Source: Patescibacteria group bacterium (GTDB taxonomy: Bacteria; Patescibacteriota; Dojkabacteria; J137). Taken from it: DNA of 64,000 nt. The position numbers and the translations under genes were made by a program. Below are positions 9,599-17,703 of the stretch, piece after piece (position 1 is the stretch's first letter; each line of letters begins with the position of its first letter). The notes under the pieces were generated by a model that did not search any database, was not told the DNA's origin, and worked only from the letters and a program-made list of their open reading frames with translations. Location: positions 267,569 to 331,568 of the forward strand of contig BOLA01000001.1 of NCBI GenBank assembly GCA_016861265.1. Reading direction: 5' to 3'.

Positions 9599-10792
9599 TC
9601 ATTCTTCAACGTGGTGACGACGTCCGGCAGATACAAGTCCACCATTGCCATTGAGTATGACCTCAAAGGAGGTTTCACCGTTCTGGAACGCGTGCCATTC
9701 GATCTCATTGCTGGTATTCCAGTTATGAGTTCTGCCATCGGCTGTAACCAGAACAATACTGTAACTTTCGGTATTGTTACCCGAAAGTCTTTCTTGCTCG
9801 CCGTTACGCCCCAGCGTATAGTCGCTATACCAATACGGTTCCCAATCGTTCCCAGACGACGTTAGATTCCTGCTAAATACCCACCGCTGCACTTGAAAAC
9901 GGTACACAGTTCCGTACACATCACGGTATGAGTAATCCGGCACAGTACGATAGCCACTGATGTAGCTTTCGGTACGTGTCTTTGGTGTGCAGGAACGAGT
10001 ATACGACCCGTTTGGGTTCTGGCTTGTAGTACATGATTCTCCATCAGAAACCGTCATTGAGCTATAGATTGGCTCTTGGTGCGATCCCGATTGGTAACGT
10101 TCTTGCCCCACAACTTCTCTAGCGCTAGTGCAGGAACGACTCCCGGTCGGGCAACCCGACTGGTTGTTATCGTTGACCCAAGTGTAAACTTCCACCGGCA
10201 TGGTACGTGACCATGATACTGATTGAATAGTTGCCGGCAAGGACTGCCTTACAATAAACTCACGATAGCCCCAGATTCCGCCCACAACAAGCAGTAGTCC
10301 AACCGCAATAATAATTAGCAGTTGGGGGATACTAAAGCTGGACAAATTGAACTTGGGACCCTGTCTTGGTTCGTAGCTTGGGTAACTTTCGCTCACAAAA
10401 TTGTAGCGTGGCTCTTCGTCGGTCTTGTGGTCGTAATCGATAGCACTGCTGGTGTAGGTGCTGGGAGAAGTTGCACTTGAAGCAACTTCTTTCGCAACAC
10501 CGGCTTTGGATGCTCCGCATTTGTCGCAGAAATTATCCTCGTCCGGATGCACGCCGCGACAGAACCGACATTCCCAAACACCCTCGCGCCGTTCAATTCT
10601 GCCGATTACCTCGGCACTGTGAATTTCGTAAGCAGAAATTTCGCTCTCGTCCGGCATGCGTGTGTCAGGATACCCGTTTGACTTTAACGGCATGTCCTTT
10701 CCACAGCTTGGACAGTGCAACTGCTCACTTATCAGCTTCGATTTCCCACAATTTGGGCAATCCCATAAACCGAAGAAATGTGTATCGGTCAT
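9599..10792 (-). CDS. membrane protein with two N-terminal zinc-ribbon motifs (GC-rich island A)
   Basis: CPNC..CPSC and CRFC..CDKC pairs, single TM (IPQLLIIIAVGLLLVVGGIWGY), about 200-aa extracytoplasmic tail; about 58% GC with GC3-rich codons versus about 33% background. Confidence 0.55.
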   Translation of the reverse strand: MTDTHFFGLWDCPNCGKSKLISEQLHCPSCGKDMPLKSNGYPDTRMPDESEISAYEIHSAEVIGRIERREGVWECRFCRGVHPDEDNFCDKCGASKAGVAKEVASSATSPSTYTSSAIDYDHKTDEEPRYNFVSESYPSYEPRQGPKFNLSSFSIPQLLIIIAVGLLLVVGGIWGYREFIVRQSLPATIQSVSWSRTMPVEVYTWVNDNNQSGCPTGSRSCTSAREVVGQERYQSGSHQEPIYSSMTVSDGESCTTSQNPNGSYTRSCTPKTRTESYISGYRTVPDYSYRDVYGTVYRFQVQRWVFSRNLTSSGNDWEPYWYSDYTLGRNGEQERLSGNNTESYSIVLVTADGRTHNWNTSNEIEWHAFQNGETSFEVILNGNGGLVSAGRRHHVEE

Positions 10793-10845
10793 CTCCGTTC
10801 ACCTCGTTGAGTTTTAAATGAACACGCCTGATTGCGTATATAGGT

Positions 10846-10854
10846 ATTATATCA
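10846..10854 (-). promoter_or_regulatory. extended -10 (TGATATAAT) upstream of 9599-10792
   Basis: Reverse complement of attatatca; sits about 54 nt upstream of the start codon. Confidence 0.4.
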
Positions 10855-11143
10855 TTTTTCGAGTTCTTTCTCTAGATATAGCCTTCACTTGGTGTTTATC
10901 TTACTTGTTCTTATTATAGTTCTACTCATTTACCTAGATGGCGGAATTACCTGGATCACAATTAAAAAAATTACCTAAATGTTATCTATATAAATAATCC
11001 TTTACATTATATTTACAATTTCCTAACGTAAAGTTTTACTTACATCAAATATATTATTTCAGTTAATACTTTATTTAATTAAAAAGAAAGGAGGCTAAAA
11101 GTAAAAATTCGCTTTTAAATTTTTTAATTATAAATATTTTGAT

Positions 11144-11755
11144 ATGACACGAAAAATACTTGCTAGTGCCCTTGTGGTAATCTCACTAATGAGTGCGGTA
11201 GGAGGTAGTGCTTTAGCTATTTTCTCTGACACAGAATCAATTCAAGGTAATACAATCTCTACAGGTTCAGTAGATATTGAATTAACAGGTGACTTTGGTC
11301 CAATTACAGCTCAAAATCTTAACCCAGGTGACTGGAGTGATTGGGAAAGAGTTGAAGTGGATAATAATTCTAATGGACCAATTAAATTATACTTTTATGT
11401 AACCGATGTAAGTGGAGCAGCCTGTGGAGACACATTGCTTAACTTAGTAACTGGTCCATTGGGAGGTGATGAAATGCAATATCCATTCTATGCATCTCAC
11501 TTAACCTCATTAAATGGAGCAAACAATAAAGTTGAGGTTACAGGTTACGTATTTAACCCAACAATGCCTGCTGCACAAACAGCTGTAGTACACATGAGAG
11601 CTGGATTAGATATGGCAGCTGGAGAGGCAGCAATGGGTGAAGACTGTGACTGGACAGGAGTATTTGTTGCTGAACAAGCACCTAACGAAGAAACCGAAGA
11701 ACCACCAGTTTCAGCTCCAGTATCCTTCCCTGAGGAGACTGAAGAAAATGTTTAA
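11144..11755 (+). CDS. TasA/camelysin-like secreted protein with SipW-cognate signal peptide
   Basis: N-terminus ...SAVGGSALAIFSDTESIQGNTISTGSVDIEL matches the SipW-cognate signal class (AYFSDTE...GNTF..G); immediately followed by sipW. Confidence 0.7.
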   Translation: MTRKILASALVVISLMSAVGGSALAIFSDTESIQGNTISTGSVDIELTGDFGPITAQNLNPGDWSDWERVEVDNNSNGPIKLYFYVTDVSGAACGDTLLNLVTGPLGGDEMQYPFYASHLTSLNGANNKVEVTGYVFNPTMPAAQTAVVHMRAGLDMAAGEAAMGEDCDWTGVFVAEQAPNEETEEPPVSAPVSFPEETEENV

Positions 11756-11769
11756 TAGACACTAATTAA

Positions 11770-11796
11770 AGATGCGCAGGTAAAACCTGCGCATCT
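11770..11796 (+). terminator. intercistronic hairpin (partial terminator or attenuator) between the TasA-like gene and sipW
   Basis: AGATGCGCAGGT-aaaa-CCTGCGCATCT 11-12-bp perfect stem followed by a T-rich tract. Confidence 0.5.
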
Positions 11797-11824
11797 AACT
11801 TGAATTTAGTTTAAAATAATAATT

Positions 11825-12385
11825 ATGAATAGAAATAACAAATTTGTGAAGGTGATTACGTCAACTCTGATGATTTTTTTATTTGGAATTATTATTTTAA
11901 CTTTCCTGTCATTATTTGGAATTCCACAAAACTTTAGAATATTTGTTGTAGAAACTGGATCCATGGAGCCAGCTATTAACACTGGTAGCTTAGCGTTTGT
12001 TACCCCACAAAGTAGTTATCAAAAAGGTGACGTAGTAACTTTTAATACTCCTTTAGAAAAAGATGAAAAGACTAATTATGTAGTAACCCATAGAATAACC
12101 GATATAAAAAAAGAGAACGGAGAAACACTTTTACAAACAAAAGGAGACGCCAATAATGCGCCTGATTCTTTACTAACAAACCAAATTCACGTTATTGGTA
12201 AAGTTAATGGCTCGGTTCCACTTTTGGGTTATTTAATTGGTTTTGCTAAAACGCAAATTGGATTTTTAGTAGTTATTATTATTCCTTCGCTGTTTATAAT
12301 TTATAGTGAGATACAAAATATTTCTAAGGAGTTTAAGAAGAAATCTAGAAAGAATATTCATACTGAAGATTTAAATTACGTATAA
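11825..12385 (+). CDS. sipW: signal peptidase I, SipW (archaeal/ER) type
   Basis: Catalytic Ser box ETGSMEP, GDANN..D motif, N- and C-terminal TM helices. Confidence 0.8.
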   Translation: MNRNNKFVKVITSTLMIFLFGIIILTFLSLFGIPQNFRIFVVETGSMEPAINTGSLAFVTPQSSYQKGDVVTFNTPLEKDEKTNYVVTHRITDIKKENGETLLQTKGDANNAPDSLLTNQIHVIGKVNGSVPLLGYLIGFAKTQIGFLVVIIIPSLFIIYSEIQNISKEFKKKSRKNIHTEDLNYV

Positions 12386-12387
12386 AA

Positions 12388-12420
12388 AACTCCTCTTTCG
12401 AGGAGTTAAGTTTTAGACTT
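12388..12420 (+). terminator. rho-independent terminator after sipW
   Basis: AACTCCTC-tttc-GAGGAGTT followed by AAGTTTTAGACTTTT. Confidence 0.6.
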
Positions 12421-12769
12421 TTGCTACTTTAGCAGCTTTTTTTTCTTTTCGGAGTTTCTTAGCCATTTTTCCACTCATAACTTTAACTGGCTTTTCTGCT
12501 CTTTGATTTCCTTTATCTTTTTTTGACATAATATTATTATAAAAATTTAATACATTCTAACTAAGGTTATTTAGTATGAATTCATGGGTAAATTTAGATA
12601 ATAATTATTACTATACTAAGTATAAGCTAAAATTTAATTTCTTTAAACTTTTAAACTGGTAAATTAGTTTTATTAATATATAATAATTTGTCTGAAGTAT
12701 GAAAGGACCTGCTCCTTAACAACTTCGATGGAATTAACCGCTATGTTCAAATCTTCAAAGGAGAGTGTC

Positions 12770-13642
12770 ATGGCTAAACGAAAGACCCCTACGATCCAGG
12801 AACTGCTTCAGAAAGCGAGAGAAGCCCAGAAACTCCTAGCAACCCCGTCATCTATTCCAAACGTGTTCCAGCAGCTCAGAGCACAAGCTACCCTCAAGAA
12901 GGCTCTGACAGAACTAGCGAAAGTTGAGCTACGAGCGATTGTCCCGCATTACACACCGACTCTTAATATGATTGAAGGCGAACCACATAAATGGGAGATA
13001 GAGAATCAACCAAATCTTCAAGTCGCGGTAGAAGGTCAGGAAATTTCCGGTGCGCTAAATGACGGGGATGTTTTCCGTCTCTACTGTAATACCCTTTTGG
13101 GCTGGTCAGCCTATAGAGGGGAGGTAACAAAAGGAAAATTGGAGTTAGTTATAACTCCACAGCTGATTGGTTTTAATGAAGAAGCCTATCTAGCTGGATT
13201 GACTTTCGTTCGCTTGGGTGCGTCTGTCACGCACCCAGTAACAATAAGTGCCAAGCCGTCACCAGCTGCACTAAGGCTTAAAGCTGCGCTTATGGGGGAA
13301 GAGGTAGAGGGCGTGCAGGTCGGAACCTACCACGACGATGAGTTGGGCTTTACACTCTCTATCGCAACCGAAAAGCAGCTACAGAGTAATCGATTACTCG
13401 TCGCTGCAAGACTCCAAACAGATACCCCACAGGAAGCGGGGGCAGAGTTTCGGGTCAATTTCGACGCCTCAGATCGTCAAAGCTGGTTTAATGCAATCCA
13501 ATTCGGGAGCGATCAAGACCAGTTCGGATTGACCCATGCACACCTGAGGTCAGGTGCCGCACAGTCAACAGTGACTGCAGAACTTAAGCTAAAGGGCGAC
13601 AAAGTTCTCAAAGTTAGTTTGGAGGTCACCGTAGCGCAATAA
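12770..13642 (+). CDS. hypothetical protein (GC-rich island B); probable start at 12770 with SD AAGGAGAG, alternative ATG at 12728
   Basis: About 55% GC ORF; no recognisable motif. Confidence 0.5.
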   Translation: MAKRKTPTIQELLQKAREAQKLLATPSSIPNVFQQLRAQATLKKALTELAKVELRAIVPHYTPTLNMIEGEPHKWEIENQPNLQVAVEGQEISGALNDGDVFRLYCNTLLGWSAYRGEVTKGKLELVITPQLIGFNEEAYLAGLTFVRLGASVTHPVTISAKPSPAALRLKAALMGEEVEGVQVGTYHDDELGFTLSIATEKQLQSNRLLVAARLQTDTPQEAGAEFRVNFDASDRQSWFNAIQFGSDQDQFGLTHAHLRSGAAQSTVTAELKLKGDKVLKVSLEVTVAQ

Positions 13643-13663
13643 CATCGAAGGCTTTGGACTACC

Positions 13664-13700
13664 CTGCGCTCTTGTGAGCACAGGGTTAGCCCTCTTTAGA
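13664..13700 (+). terminator. imperfect hairpin plus T-tract after island B gene
   Basis: CCCTGCGC-tcttgtga-GCACAGGG (one mismatch) followed by TTAGCCCTCTTTAGATTTT. Confidence 0.4.
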
Positions 13701-13735
13701 TTTTCAAATTTGGAGTGAACATGTAAAATATACTG

Positions 13736-15130
13736 ATGATAAACTATCAAGATAAAGTCTTGAATTTTCTGGACGTGGAAACTACTGGCGGCAACTCCCG
13801 TATTGATAAGATTATTGAAATTTACGTTAGCAAAGTAATAAATAACCAAGTTGTTAAAACCTTTCATACGTTTGTTAATCCAGGTTTTAAGCCAAGTCCA
13901 TTTATTCAAAAACTTACAAAAATTACATATAAAGAATTAGATTCAGCTCCGCAATTTGAAGATATTGCCCAAGATTTATATGACTTTTTAAGCGATGGAA
14001 TATTTGTTGCTCATAATGCAAGATTTGATTACTCCTTTATAAAACAGGAGTTAAAAACTTACGGATTCGAAGTAAATTGGGACTATTGCTGTACTGTTAA
14101 ATTATCCAGAAGTCTTTACCCGCTATATAGATCGCACAATCTAGATAGTATTGCTACTAGAATAAATTTCCCCTCTGGCAATAGACATAGAGCTGATTTT
14201 GATACTGAAATTACAAGAAGTTTTTTTTATCATGCATTAAACCAGCATGGGTCTGAAAAATTTAATACTGCGTTTAATAACTCCATAAAACAATCTGCAA
14301 TTCCTAACGAATTAGTTAAATTTAATTCAAATGAAGTCCCTGAAAACCCTGGTGTATATATCTTTTATGATGCGCAAGATTACCCTATATATGTTGGTAT
14401 GAGTAAGAATTTACGTAGACGAATTAACGAGCATTTTTATCAGGATTTAACAAATTCAAAAGATTTAAATATAAATCAAAAATTAAAACGAATTGAAACA
14501 ATAGAAACTGCAGGGGTAGTTGGTGCGTTAATCCGCGAAGCAATTTTAGTTAAAAAATATCAACCGTTATACAACCGCCAATTAAGAAGAACTACAAATT
14601 TAGTTAAGCTTGAACAATTTAATGATGAACATGGTTATATAAATTTAAGATTCAATACTGACAATAATTTTGACATTGAAGGTTTAGGTAATTTAGTTGG
14701 AGTTTTTAGAAGCAAGGAGGAATTAAAAAATAAGATTGAGCAATTAGCAAAAGATTTTGGTTTATGCTCAAAACTACTAGGTTTAGAGAAGACAAAAAAC
14801 GCCTGCTTTGCTTATCAGTTAGAGGTATGCAAAGGAGCGTGTATTCATAAAATATCTGCTGATGAATACAATCAAATATTTAATGCTGCATTTTCTAATA
14901 TTCGGATTGCGAACTGGCCTACAGAATCTGAATTAAGAATTAAAGAAGAAAATGGAACATTAACTGAAGAATTAATATTCAACAAATGGGGATTAGTCGG
15001 AACAACACTTGATGATTTAGTAATAAAAGAGTTTACCCAAAATTTTAGATTTGATCTTGATATTTATAAAATACTTTCAAGTTATCTAAAGCGTGGCGGT
15101 GAGAACTTTAATGTTGAATTAAGTGACTGA
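13736..15130 (+). CDS. DnaQ-like 3'-5' exonuclease fused to GIY-YIG nuclease domain (Cho/UvrC-N-like)
   Basis: Exo I FLDVETTG, Exo II HNARFDYSF, Exo III HRADFD; GIY-YIG GVYIFYDAQDYPIYVGMSKNLRRRINEH. Confidence 0.75.
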   Translation: MINYQDKVLNFLDVETTGGNSRIDKIIEIYVSKVINNQVVKTFHTFVNPGFKPSPFIQKLTKITYKELDSAPQFEDIAQDLYDFLSDGIFVAHNARFDYSFIKQELKTYGFEVNWDYCCTVKLSRSLYPLYRSHNLDSIATRINFPSGNRHRADFDTEITRSFFYHALNQHGSEKFNTAFNNSIKQSAIPNELVKFNSNEVPENPGVYIFYDAQDYPIYVGMSKNLRRRINEHFYQDLTNSKDLNINQKLKRIETIETAGVVGALIREAILVKKYQPLYNRQLRRTTNLVKLEQFNDEHGYINLRFNTDNNFDIEGLGNLVGVFRSKEELKNKIEQLAKDFGLCSKLLGLEKTKNACFAYQLEVCKGACIHKISADEYNQIFNAAFSNIRIANWPTESELRIKEENGTLTEELIFNKWGLVGTTLDDLVIKEFTQNFRFDLDIYKILSSYLKRGGENFNVELSD

Positions 15131-15147
15131 CAGAGAGAGGGCCGTCG

Positions 15148-15573
15148 TCACATTTTCCTTACAAGTGCGAGTTTTTTTTCCAGTTGGATCTTGGGACGAG
15201 TGGGGTTAGGGATCACCAGTTCTACGTCTGGCTTTCCATTAACGATTAACGTGTTAACCCTTACCTCGAACATTGTGTGAAAGCTGTCTACTTCAGGTGC
15301 AAGGTGGATTCGGAAATGAACGATCTCCATGTCCTTGTCCCTCGCCGCTCCTTGACACACATTCAAAAAGCGTCTTGCCTCGCGAATCCGAATTGCGTTG
15401 ATTTCATCCGTCGTACCAAGCAGACTTTCGTACAACGGCATGTATCTTACTTCACATCGCCGCAACTCCAGACCTGCTGTCCCTACGAAAACCTCTACAC
15501 CACGGAGGTACATCTCCACACCTTCTTGAACTTCAAGGGTGTAGTTAGCTCTGGGGATTACAATAGTACTCAT
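15148..15573 (-). CDS. hypothetical protein, paralog 1 (GC-rich island C)
   Basis: 141 aa, about 45% identical to the 15712-16143 product; about 52% GC. Confidence 0.55.
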   Translation of the reverse strand: MSTIVIPRANYTLEVQEGVEMYLRGVEVFVGTAGLELRRCEVRYMPLYESLLGTTDEINAIRIREARRFLNVCQGAARDKDMEIVHFRIHLAPEVDSFHTMFEVRVNTLIVNGKPDVELVIPNPTRPKIQLEKKLALVRKM

Positions 15574-15621
15574 TACCCAACCTTTCTGCGTGCTGCTCTC
15601 TCTCTGTCAAATAGCTGTGGA

Positions 15622-15630
15622 ATTATAGCA
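15622..15630 (-). promoter_or_regulatory. extended -10 TGCTATAAT for cassette 1
   Basis: Reverse complement of attatagca; lies within the conserved right flank. Confidence 0.45.
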
Positions 15631-15711
15631 CCAAGAAGTGCAGTCAGTTAAACAAACGGTTTAGTGAGATTCTTTATATTGAATTAAGTGACTGACAGAG
15701 AGAGATTGCAG

Positions 15712-16143
15712 TCACAGAATGGAAACGATACTCAGTTTCTTTTCAAGGGCGATCTTTGGACCCGTCGGGTCTGGAAGTACGATTCGCGGCACAGGGTTCA
15801 CCTGCATCAGGTCCACATGAATCTCAAACACTGTGTGCCATGCTTGCTGCTCAGGTGCTAAATGCAGCCGGTATTGCACCAACTGCAAACCCAGCTTAGT
15901 TGCATCTGCACGCCATTGATCCATCGTGATTCCGACTTCCAACACCCGCAAGCTGTTGATCTGACTCATCGCTTGAGCTACATCACCGGTAAAAAGCGGT
16001 TGGTGACGCCTTTGGCAATGATGTAACTCCATATTGGCAGTACCCAGATAAGCCTGGACCTCTCTGAGGTACATTGGAGTACCATCTTGAATCTCCACAC
16101 GGTAGTGGGTAAGGGGAATAACAATTGACGACATCTTTTCCAC
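15712..16143 (-). CDS. hypothetical protein, paralog 2 (GC-rich island C)
   Basis: 143 aa; shares the motifs IVIP..Y.VE.Q.G..MYLR.V, HLAPE, PNPT.PKI.LEKKL with paralog 1. Confidence 0.55.
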   Translation of the reverse strand: MEKMSSIVIPLTHYRVEIQDGTPMYLREVQAYLGTANMELHHCQRRHQPLFTGDVAQAMSQINSLRVLEVGITMDQWRADATKLGLQLVQYRLHLAPEQQAWHTVFEIHVDLMQVNPVPRIVLPDPTGPKIALEKKLSIVSIL

Positions 16144-16188
16144 CTTTCTTGATAGTTCTGTTCTGCTCTCTCTCTGTCAAATGAGTGA

Positions 16189-16197
16189 ATTATAGCA
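16189..16197 (-). promoter_or_regulatory. extended -10 TGCTATAAT for cassette 2
   Basis: Same conserved flank as cassette 1. Confidence 0.45.
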
Positions 16198-16234
16198 CCA
16201 AGAGATGCTTTAACTAAACGGAAGTGTTTGCAGG

Positions 16235-16744
16235 TTAGTTGATTGAAACTTTAATCTTATCTCCAGTTATTAATTCCTGAATTTCAGGTTTATCTTCTGG
16301 TAAGTCTGCAGGTAATTGAAAATCTTTATGAACATAAGCTAATGTTATGTGTGGCTTAAATTCGTAAGAATTTGGTCTACTGCTGAATGTTCTTATTTTA
16401 TTAACGAATGCGGAAAGTTTTTTATCTTGATCAACAACTTTAACAGCTAGTATTCTGTATAAGCCTTGAAAGCCTTCAATAATCATAAAGTCACCTAGTT
16501 TTAATTCTCCTAAGTCAATTGATTTTATAAGGTCTAATAGGTCTTGATTATTTGCGGCACTTGGGTCAAGTCCATAAAAGAATTTTAAGTGGGCGTTATT
16601 CGTAACATCACCGTTTATGTGAGGCATTACAGGAGAAACATAATACTCCTCCTCTACCACCATCTGTTTAGTTATTCTACTTAAGTAATCTTTAAATGAT
16701 TGAGATAACTCTAATGCTACATATGCAACTTCTGGTTTATTCAT
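16235..16744 (-). CDS. putative 2H phosphoesterase (LigT-like) superfamily protein
   Basis: C-terminal H-x-T-x motif (PHITLAY); N-terminal motif degenerate (PHINGD); about 170 aa is typical for LigT-like proteins. Confidence 0.35.
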   Translation of the reverse strand: MNKPEVAYVALELSQSFKDYLSRITKQMVVEEEYYVSPVMPHINGDVTNNAHLKFFYGLDPSAANNQDLLDLIKSIDLGELKLGDFMIIEGFQGLYRILAVKVVDQDKKLSAFVNKIRTFSSRPNSYEFKPHITLAYVHKDFQLPADLPEDKPEIQELITGDKIKVSIN

Positions 16745-16814
16745 AAGAGGAAGGTAACTTGATATTTAGACTATTTTATCAGATTTTTAGGAATTTAGGG
16801 GGAATCAAAAGTTT

Positions 16815-16844
16815 GAGAGCCGCTGTAAGCAGCGGCTCTCTTTT
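16815..16844 (-). terminator. rho-independent terminator downstream of 16864-17445
   Basis: GAGAGCCGCTG-taag-CAGCGGCTCTC 11-bp perfect stem, T-tracts on both sides. Confidence 0.6.
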
Positions 16845-16863
16845 AGCTCTTGATCAGTCTGGG

Positions 16864-17445
16864 TTAGCTTTCGCTTTCCCAGTAGGTGATCTGAACGAAA
16901 CTTTCCGGATCGTACAGGTGAACTTTCGTTTGATTGTCCACGTATTCGATTTGGGCTAATGCCCAGCCCCACTCGAAACTTTCCAAGTGGAACTCGCCGA
17001 CATATGTGCTCATCACGCCCGCACCTTCGAAGTTGCCCTCGAGCGCCATTACCCACGCCTGAACAGCGTATGGCACTTCCGGTGCCGACGCGCCGCTTGC
17101 CGGGCAATTGAACAGCGCCTGACGCGAGGTCCCGCTTGTCCAAATAACTCCGACCAGCTGGCAGGTTGCCATTTGTTCTGCGCACGCCCCGTCGTACGGG
17201 GTCGTACCATCGATGTCGAATTCGCAGATTGCCCCCGGGAACTGGGGGATGGTACTCGGAACGGGGCACCAGACTTCCCACATATCACCGCGCTCCGCCT
17301 CTTTATAACAACCGTTGACCTCAACGAGGTCCGTGCACCACTGATCACTGCTATCGCAGTAAACAGTAGTATGCGAGGCGAACACGGGCAGCGCCACGGC
17401 TGCAAGAACGATGAACAACACGGATAAAACGATTTTGCGGAACAT
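16864..17445 (-). CDS. secreted Cys-rich protein, hypothetical (GC-rich island D)
   Basis: Signal peptide (..ALPVFA/SH), about 12 Cys, about 58% GC. Confidence 0.55.
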   Translation of the reverse strand: MFRKIVLSVLFIVLAAVALPVFASHTTVYCDSSDQWCTDLVEVNGCYKEAERGDMWEVWCPVPSTIPQFPGAICEFDIDGTTPYDGACAEQMATCQLVGVIWTSGTSRQALFNCPASGASAPEVPYAVQAWVMALEGNFEGAGVMSTYVGEFHLESFEWGWALAQIEYVDNQTKVHLYDPESFVQITYWESES

Positions 17446-17457
17446 TTGAGTCCTTTC

Positions 17458-17473
17458 CTAGCTAATTAGCTAG
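17458..17473. promoter_or_regulatory. Perfect 16-bp palindrome CTAGCTAATTAGCTAG just upstream of the SD of 16864-17445
   Basis: Read directly from the sequence; a no-loop palindrome, so a DNA-level protein-binding site is more likely than an RNA hairpin. Confidence 0.35.
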
Positions 17474-17703
17474 TTGTAAGTAAAATCCGCAAGCTATGTA
17501 CTTAATACACAATTTGCGGACTTTACGCTTAAAAGAGTTATATATACATTATATACCCCTACGCACTTATTTGCAATAAATTATGTTCTTTTAACAGCCC
17601 ACGAAAACAGGGCACAAATAGTAATAATCTGCCCAAAAGTACTAAATTCAAGTAAATCTTGTGTAAAGAAATCAATTACATTAGAATGAGATAATATGTA
17701 TCT

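Larger units (their letters stand above)
15114..16215. repeat. Tandem duplication (about 567-bp period) of a cassette: conserved left flank, GC-rich gene, conserved right flank with inverted repeat and promoter
   Basis: TTGAATTAAGTGACTGACAGAGAGAG at 15114-15139 and 15679-15704; CTCTCTCTCTGTCAAAT..GAATTATAGCACCAAGA at 15596-15637 and 16166-16207; GACAGAGAGAG and CTCTCTCTGTC are reverse complements. Confidence 0.75.

Noticed and set aside
15114-16215. Considered whether the inverted-repeat-flanked cassettes are integron cassettes (attC) or a MITE/IS
   Set aside because: Each cassette has its own promoter, unlike promoterless integron cassettes. There is no intI, transposase or target-site duplication. 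The unit includes 17 nt of the upstream gene, which indicates local tandem duplication.
16805-17427. Overlapping ORFs 16805-17281(-), 16987-17427(+) and 17049-17405(-)
   Set aside because: Alternative frames in a GC-rich segment where stops are rare. Only the 16864-17445 frame has a signal peptide, SD and a protein-like composition.
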